A DNA stretch of 16,598 nucleotides. It comes from Tubiluchus corallicola (taxonomy: Eukaryota; Animalia; Priapulida). The stretch covers positions 1 through 16,598 of the forward strand of contig JAQGDQ010002049.1 in NCBI GenBank assembly GCA_030141605.1, given 5' to 3'. A program made the position numbers and the translations under genes. This document shows positions 10,736 to 16,598 of this stretch, piece by piece. Below the pieces are notes generated by a model that saw only the letters and a program-made list of their open reading frames with translations, searched no databases and had not been told where the DNA came from. Position 1 is the first letter of the stretch; every line of letters starts with the position of its first letter.

Positions 10736-11153
10736 ATTAATTAAAGTAAAATGACATTTACTGATAAACTACAACGGCAATCATATTTGCAACGGCTGTA
10801 ACATAGCGAGCATCCTTCAATCGTAGCTGTTGGTACCAACTTTGAAAAACATTTTTTGTACAGCAGGTAAAAAGTCACAGTACCAGAGGTACCTATCTTA
10901 TTTAGATTGCACACATGTGCAGAGATTTTCGTGTTTAAAAACTTCTCTTGAATGTTAAGGCTGGTTTAAACTTTTGAGGTTTTACACTGTGAAATTATGA
11001 GCTATAATAGTCGCAGTCAAACAAGGAGGCAAAGGTGTATGTATTCAATATCTTATTTTCTACTTTTGCAAACATGAAGTTAATTAGTTTGCCATGAACC
11101 AGTCAAACAATTTCTATTTGCTTATTTTTCAGATAAGACACTATGGTTGATCG

Positions 11154-11643
11154 TTAACCGAGCCACTGGGGGGGGGCAAGCCAGCCCAACTCGGTGACGG
11201 TCCCAAGCCCGGATAAATAGGGAGGGTTAGGGTCAAGAAGGGCATCCGCCTGTAAAAACTGTGCCAAAACCTTCTATGAATGAGTCGGTGAGACTTAAAG
11301 GGAAAGTCCACAAAGAAGTGGTCAGACCTGCTCTAATCTATGCGCTGGAAGCAGCTTCTCTAAAGAAGACCGAAGAGAAGAAAATGGGTGTGGTGGAGAT
11401 GAGGATGTTGAGATGGATGGTGGAAATAACAAGAAGAGATAAAATTAGAAATAATAATATCAGCGGAACAGTAAAAGTTGTGGAAGCCTCGCAAGATTGC
11501 GATGGTATGGACACCTGAAAAGAAGAGTCGGTGAAGATCATGTGGGAAGGGAGGACATAAATGAAGAGATGGTCAACAACAGGAATGCGTGGAGAAGACT
11601 CATTCACAACGGCGACCCCGCATAGGGAAAAGCTGGGAAGAAG
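11154..11643 (+). mobile_element. Internally deleted RTE-clade non-LTR retroelement with 5' twister ribozyme, copy 1 (more decayed)
   Basis: 19-bp TSD with 2 mismatches (aagacactatggttgatcg 11135-11153 / aagactctacggttgatcg 11644-11662). (GAA)n tail. RTE C-terminal relics VVRPALIY..E, EMRMLRW...TRRDKIRN, RLRWYGH and WRR..GDP*. Near-identical to 14244-14740. Confidence 0.92.
11155..11228 (+). ncRNA. Twister ribozyme (type P1), degenerate copy
   Basis: UAA-CCGA-GC-[CACUG..CGGUG]-ACGG UCCCAAGC CCGG-AUAAA-UAGG-GAGGG. Core loops are intact, but P2 (11160) and P4 (11197) each have a mismatch. Confidence 0.8.
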
Positions 11644-12040
11644 AAGACTCTACGGTTGATCGCTGCATCAGAAATTTTTAGGAAGGATCCGCTGATTTCG
11701 CATAAATATAATCTGGTCAAAAACTGTAAAAAAATTTCCAGTGGTTTAATGCATTTGGGATAAATCGTGTAAAATAGAAATGGAAAGGCGAAAAACAAAA
11801 CGCTTGGCACCTGCTCACATGAGTGACATTCTCAATGGGCAACATTAAAACTCACAACCGTTTTGCAAATATCTATGTGGTTATCTTTACACATGCACTT
11901 AGCCTAACCTCCAATAATGCAAATGTAATCAATCCACCTAAGTCTTGTGTTTAAATAAGCTTGAAGGTGACTAAAGTTACTTGCAACTTCAGCAACATAC
12001 AACCCCACCCCCTCCCCTACAAGATGCTGATCTCGCCTAC

Positions 12041-12145
12041 CCTTTTTTGTCCTCATCTTCACTTCCTGGACGCAGTCTTTAGGGAACCAGCCCTCCTTGT
12101 CGTCGAGTTTTCCTTCCCAGAATCCTCCTTCGCCGACGCTCAGAA
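12041..12145 (-). CDS. SHANK: SHANK exon, SH3 C-half (VLSVGEGGFWEGKLDDKEGWFPKDCVQEVKMRTKK)
   Basis: 105 nt, phase 1-1. Acceptor ttacag, donor gtaggc (donor slightly less certain). SH3 WEG...GWFP motif. Confidence 0.92.
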
Positions 12146-12173
12146 CTGTAAAAGGGAACATTTAAACAATTAT

Positions 12174-12387
12174 CAAGGATGAGAATGACAAATTGCAAAA
12201 AACTCACTCTGAAACAGGCCGGGGGTTTTGGGGCCGGCTAGGCCCCTAATGGGGTTGAGAGGCAAAGTCCCCATGGGGGTTCAAGGGGTCGAAGCAACAA
12301 ATAGCAATTTTGTGACCATAGAGAGCCTCTAAGTGGACTTAAAATATCAATTACTTTGTTTCATGAATAATGTAAAATACCCAACTA
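12174..12387 (+). mobile_element. Truncated copy (left 214 bp) of the CAGGG-TIR element at 15037-15545
   Basis: caaggatgagaatgacaaattgcaaaaaac...aaaatacccaacta aligns to 15037-15234. Confidence 0.88.
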
Positions 12388-12400
12388 CGTAAGAACATAC

Positions 12401-12547
12401 CTTGAACAAACTCCCCCAAGGATAGTTCAATTTCTCCTTCCGAAGTGGGTTTGTGAGGTTTGACACAGACGAACGTACGACCAGGCATGGCCGAATACAG
12501 TCTCTTCCTGTAACTGCCCGACGGGGACGCTGAAAGCTTGCTAATTT
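12401..12547 (-). CDS. SHANK: SHANK exon, SH3 N-half (EISKLSASPSGSYRKRLYSAMPGRTFVCVKPHKPTSEGEIELSLGEFVQ)
   Basis: 147 nt, phase 1-1. Acceptor ctgcag, donor gtatgt. The ORF track shows a different, spurious frame here. Confidence 0.93.
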
Positions 12548-12797
12548 CTGCAGTAAAGATAAAACAATGAACAAGTGAGAAATGACATTAGCGGTTGATG
12601 AAACTACACAGGTATGTGATGTGGCACAGCGGTCTAAATACTGGCAAAACAGTGAAGATATCAGAGACTGCTTACATGGTTGGTAGTTGTTGTCAGACCA
12701 ATTTCAAAAAAGCCAAGTATTCTAACCTATTACTATTTTTAGCAACCTTTCTCTTTCTTTCCACCTGCTTACATACTTCTTTCTCTTTTGTCTCCCC

Positions 12798-13029
<232 letters not shown>

Positions 13030-13179
13030 TCAGTCCCATCCTCTCTCTGTGCATCGTTGCCTTCTCCTCTCCACCTTTTTGCATACCTATGCGGGTATTT
13101 ACTCTCTCTTATAGCATCGCCCTTTGTCCCTCCTAAAAAAAACTAACACTACCCTAAAACAACAACTCAAACAACATAC

Positions 13180-13407
13180 CTGTATGATTTAATGGACTTC
13201 CCGGCTCACTGTTAGTCATTGGATGAATAACAGACGACGTGTCAGACAAACTCAGACTTGACCCCGATGAAAATGGAATCAATGTTCTTACTGACTGACT
13301 AGGACTGGGAGTTCTCCCTGGCCACAAGCTTCCAGGAGAACCAGAGTCACCGGCGGAAGTGTTGTTACGACGTCGATTACTGTACTTGGGCATCTCCCGG
13401 AACGGAA
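13180..13407 (-). CDS. SHANK: SHANK exon, ANK-SH3 linker (VPFREMPKYSNRRR...PLNHT)
   Basis: 228 nt, phase 1-1. Acceptor tttcag, donor gtatgt. Starts with the conserved VPFRExPxYxxRRR. Confidence 0.92.
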
Positions 13408-13618
13408 CTGAAACACAAAATCACAAACACTTTACGTAACTTACGTCTGCTCATTATAGGTAATCGACTTATGAACTATGCAATTTACAACTGCTCAACT
13501 TTACGAACCGGTAACAACGAAATTAATTAGTCATATACAACTAATTATAACTCATCTCACATTCTACTTTTTTAAGCAAATTAATTTTAACTCGCAATCC
13601 GTTTTGATAAATTCAAAA

Positions 13619-13916
<298 letters not shown>

Positions 13917-14041
13917 TTACGTGTAGGAGTGTAACTGGTCGTAACCGATTGTGGCCGAAAGCCAATGACTATTTCTACAGTTTAGTCTTAAAAATGTGTC
14001 TAGCTCTGACATAAATGATTGCAGCTCGATAAAAAACTCAC

Positions 14042-14186
14042 CAATATCGTTGACAGAATGTCGCTCAATCACTTCGGCGAGGTCCAGATTGCCAGCAATG
14101 ACCGCCACCTGGTAGGGAGTTTGATTCGCAAAGTTCTTGGCGTCTTTATCGGCACCACGAAACAACAGCATTCGCGCACAGCTATC
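14042..14186 (-). CDS. SHANK: SHANK exon, last ankyrin repeat (DSCARMLLFRGADKDAKNFANQTPYQVAVIAGNLDLAEVIERHSVNDI)
   Basis: 145 nt, phase 0-1. Acceptor ttttag, donor gtgagt. Close match to SHANK ESCARVLLFRGA...VAIIAGNFELAEVI. Confidence 0.95.
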
Positions 14187-14240
14187 CTAAAATGAAGTAG
14201 CGTGAAATTGATATCATTTCAGGTAACTAATACTGACAGC

Positions 14241-14322
14241 AATAACCTAGCCACTGGGGGGGGGGGGAGGCAAACCAGCCCAACTCAGTGCCGGTCCCAA
14301 GCCCGGATAAATAGGGAGGGTT
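14241..14322 (+). ncRNA. Twister ribozyme (type P1), apparently intact; predicted cleavage U14243^A14244
   Basis: UAA 14243-45; P2 CCUA 14246-49 / UAGG 14312-15; pseudoknot GC 14250-51 / GC 14301-02; P3 CACUG 14252-56 / CAGUG 14286-90; P4 CCGG / CCGG around loop UCCCAAGC; L1' GAGGG 14316-20 pairs with loop 4. The core GCCGGUCCCAAGCCCGGAUAAA is the same as the rice twister core as I recall it. Confidence 0.9.
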
Positions 14323-14740
14323 AGGGTCAGGAAGGGCATCCGCCTGTAAAAACTGCGCCAAAACCTTCTATGAATGAGTCGGTGAGACTTAAAGGTAAAG
14401 TCCATAAGGAAGTGGTCAGACCCGCTCTAATCTATGGGCTGGAAGCAGCTTCTCTAAAGAAGACAGAAGAGAAGAAAATGGGTGTGGTGGAGATGAGGAT
14501 GTTGAGATGGATGGTGGGAATAACAAGAAGAGATAAAATTCGAAATAATAATATCAGAGGAACAGTAAAAGTAGTGGAAGCCTCGCAAGATTGCGATGGT
14601 ATGGGCACCTGAAAAGAAGAGTCGGTGGAGATCATGTGGGAAGGGAAGACATAAATGAAGAGATGGTCAACAACAGGAATGCGTGGAGAAGGCTCATTCA
14701 CAACGGTGACCCCGCATAGGGAAAAGCTGGGAAGAAGAAG
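14244..14740 (+). mobile_element. Internally deleted RTE-clade non-LTR retroelement with 5' twister ribozyme, copy 2 (better preserved)
   Basis: Perfect 17-bp duplication aatactgacagcaataa (14229-14245 / 14741-14757). gaagaagaag tail. RTE 5'UTR-type motif gtcaggaagggcatccg..taaaa joined directly to RTE ORF C-terminal relics. Confidence 0.94.
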
Positions 14741-14819
14741 AATACTGACAGCAATAATCAGAATGGGATATTTTGTTAATGACGATGACGTTGATGGTGG
14801 TGATAACAACGATCATTAC

Positions 14820-14936
14820 CTGATTGTTTATGCAGCAAACGTGGAGAGGCGTGTTGCCGCTGCCGTTCCTTGCATTCATGTCGGCACCGTAGAATAGTAG
14901 CAAATCCAAGTGCTGTGCATAACCGTGCTTGCATAC
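14820..14936 (-). CDS. SHANK: SHANK exon, ankyrin repeat (VCKHGYAQHLDLLLFYGADMNARNGSGNTPLHVCCINNQ)
   Basis: 117 nt, phase 0-0. Acceptor cag at 14937-14939, donor gtaatg at 14819. Ankyrin GNTPLH motif. Confidence 0.95.
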
Positions 14937-15036
14937 CTGCGCGAAACAGTGCTTTAATAACAGGCAACCATATTATGCTTGCACAAGCAAATAACAAATC
15001 GAATTCGCAACATGCACATATATTACAGGCAATTTA

Positions 15037-15545
15037 CAGGGATGAGAATGACAAATTGCAAAAAACTCTGAAACAGGCCGGGGGTTCAGGGGCCGCGTAG
15101 GCCCCCAATGGGGTTGAGGGGCAAAGCCCGCTTGAAGCCAGCAACAAATTGCAATTTTGTGATCATAGAGAGCCTCTAAGTGGACTTAAAATATCAGTTA
15201 CCTTGTTTCATGCATAATTTAAAATACCCAACTATCAAGGATACATGATACCTAATTGTCTCAAAAACGTCTAAGTACTGGCCGCTCCTATGCAAAAGTA
15301 TATAAAAACTGTCTGCAATTGACTCAAATAACTCCGCACAATTGATTCTATATTTTTATACGTAGAGATATACACGTGGTTATGCCTATGTACGTGATGT
15401 AAACAAAGTGACGGCCTGCCAACTAGCGGCCAGCTTGTGAAATAATGTACTGGGTCCGTAAAAATTTTCTCAACGAATTTACGCGATTTACAAAAATGGC
15501 ACTACTGGTCTTCCAAAAACTCGGAATTCCACATTCTCATCCCTG
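15037..15545. mobile_element. Non-autonomous TIR DNA element (hAT-like CAGGG ends), 509 bp
   Basis: 14-bp perfect TIR cagggatgagaatg / cattctcatccctg. Flanked by a 20-bp direct duplication with 1 mismatch. A second partial copy starts at 12174. Confidence 0.85.
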
Positions 15546-15750
15546 CATACATTACAGGCAATTTAACATGCTAACATAGTGAACAATAAGCAATCTTGCA
15601 ATGTAATTCAGCGTAGCAGCACCAGATTCAAACATTAAGCCAAGCATTCAGTTTACAATCACAGAATACTCCACGGAACAAACTTACAACTGATACGCGC
15701 CCATATCTTTCATCCCTACGTAAATTACTTTGCGCAAAGGTTCAGCTTAT

Positions 15751-15885
15751 GAATTCAATTCAATTCAATTTATTTATTAACTCCTCAAGAATTAACAAAA
15801 TACAGTATTAGGAATACATGCAATATTATGTAACAAAGGAGAAGGGCAGTGAAGAACCCGGAGGTTATCTAGTCAGCCACCCTTA
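15751..15885 (-). mobile_element. Possible short 3' fragment of a CR1/L2-type LINE or SINE
   Basis: The minus strand ends in aataaataaattgaattgaattgaattc, a simple-repeat tail, with a weak GC stem-loop upstream. No TSD found. Confidence 0.3.
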
Positions 15886-16030
15886 AATAGCTAGGATTAA
15901 GTAAAATTAATTTTGGCACCGTTTTCAATTTAAATTTGAATTCTGTTGACGTGACGTAATTGGCAATTAACTGATGGGAAACGCAATACTGTAATACGAA
16001 ATACGCAATACGAACATTATAATTTAAATA

Positions 16031-16454
16031 CCGTATTTTCCCATGTATAAGAGACCCTTGTGTATAAGAGACCCCTTCAATTTTTAGGCAAAAATTCTGG
16101 AAAAAAGTTTTTTGGTAATGAATAACTTTATTCATCATAGAAATCATTAAATTCCTCATCACTCTCATCAAAAATATCAACTGGAGTCAGACCTTCAGCA
16201 ATTCCAGCCAGTTCATCATCAGAGGAGTCACTCTGCTCAAAAATGGCATTGTCCTCTGTGCCGTCCATGGCATTGGAGATGCCACACTTCTTGAAAGATT
16301 TAATAATGACCTCTGGCTTTACACCATTCCATGCCTTGAGGACCCAGCTGCAGACTTCTCCAAGGGTTGGCTTACTCCCATGTATAAGAGACCCCCTATT
16401 TTTAAAGTGAAAATTCTGAGCAAAAAAGGGTCTCTTATACATGGGAAAATACGG
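16031..16454 (-). mobile_element. Internally deleted pogo-family (Tc1/mariner superfamily) DNA transposon, 424 bp
   Basis: 27-bp perfect TIR ccgtattttcccatgtataagagaccc / gggtctcttatacatgggaaaatacgg. TA TSD at 16029-30 and 16455-56. Subterminal tgtataagagaccc repeats. Relic transposase C-terminus WVLKAW...IIKSFKKCGISNAMDGTED with an acidic tail. Confidence 0.93.
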
Positions 16455-16598
16455 TAACCAAAAATTTACAATTCTAAAATACTGTGAATATGCGAAACAA
16501 ACAAAATAAAAATAGAAAATGAAAGTTTATCAAAAAAAAATTGTAGAAACCTGACCCAGTTAACACGCTAAAACGATGCACAAAATACAGCTTACTAG

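Noticed and set aside
14318-14326. Telomeric gggttaggg motif (also 11224-11232)
   Set aside because: It is a single unit explained by the twister L1'/P1' strand, not a telomeric array.
14370-14612. 80-85-aa ORFs in the RTE elements (also 11261-11518) as functional proteins
   Set aside because: They are relics of the RTE C-terminus, with the RLRWYGH motif shifted out of frame and no RT or endonuclease domain.
15688-15715. Possible upstream SHANK exon with gtaagt donor
   Set aside because: Only 28 nt, and the translation (DERYGRVSV) does not resemble the expected preceding ankyrin sequence.

Overview
Eukaryotic (invertebrate animal-like) genomic DNA containing the middle of a minus-strand SHANK/ProSAP postsynaptic scaffold gene. 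Ten coding exons splice in frame with GT-AG boundaries: two ankyrin-repeat exons, a linker, two SH3 exons, three PDZ exons, a post-PDZ exon and a 2,439-nt proline-rich exon. The 5' exons and the expected SAM exon lie outside the window. The introns are crowded with non-autonomous mobile elements. The most striking are two ~490-bp copies of an internally deleted RTE-clade retroelement, each with a TSD, a (GAA)n tail and a twister self-cleaving ribozyme at its 5' end; one ribozyme looks intact and the other carries two stem mismatches. Also present: a second structured RTE-like SINE with a 12-bp TSD, a CAGGG-ended TIR element with an unusual 20-bp flanking duplication, pogo/Tigger-type MITEs, and a foldback-like element with a 41-bp minisatellite. 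Two inverted copies of that last element bracket the large frame-symmetric exon, a possible circRNA or exon-skipping architecture. All calls were made by eye without database searches.
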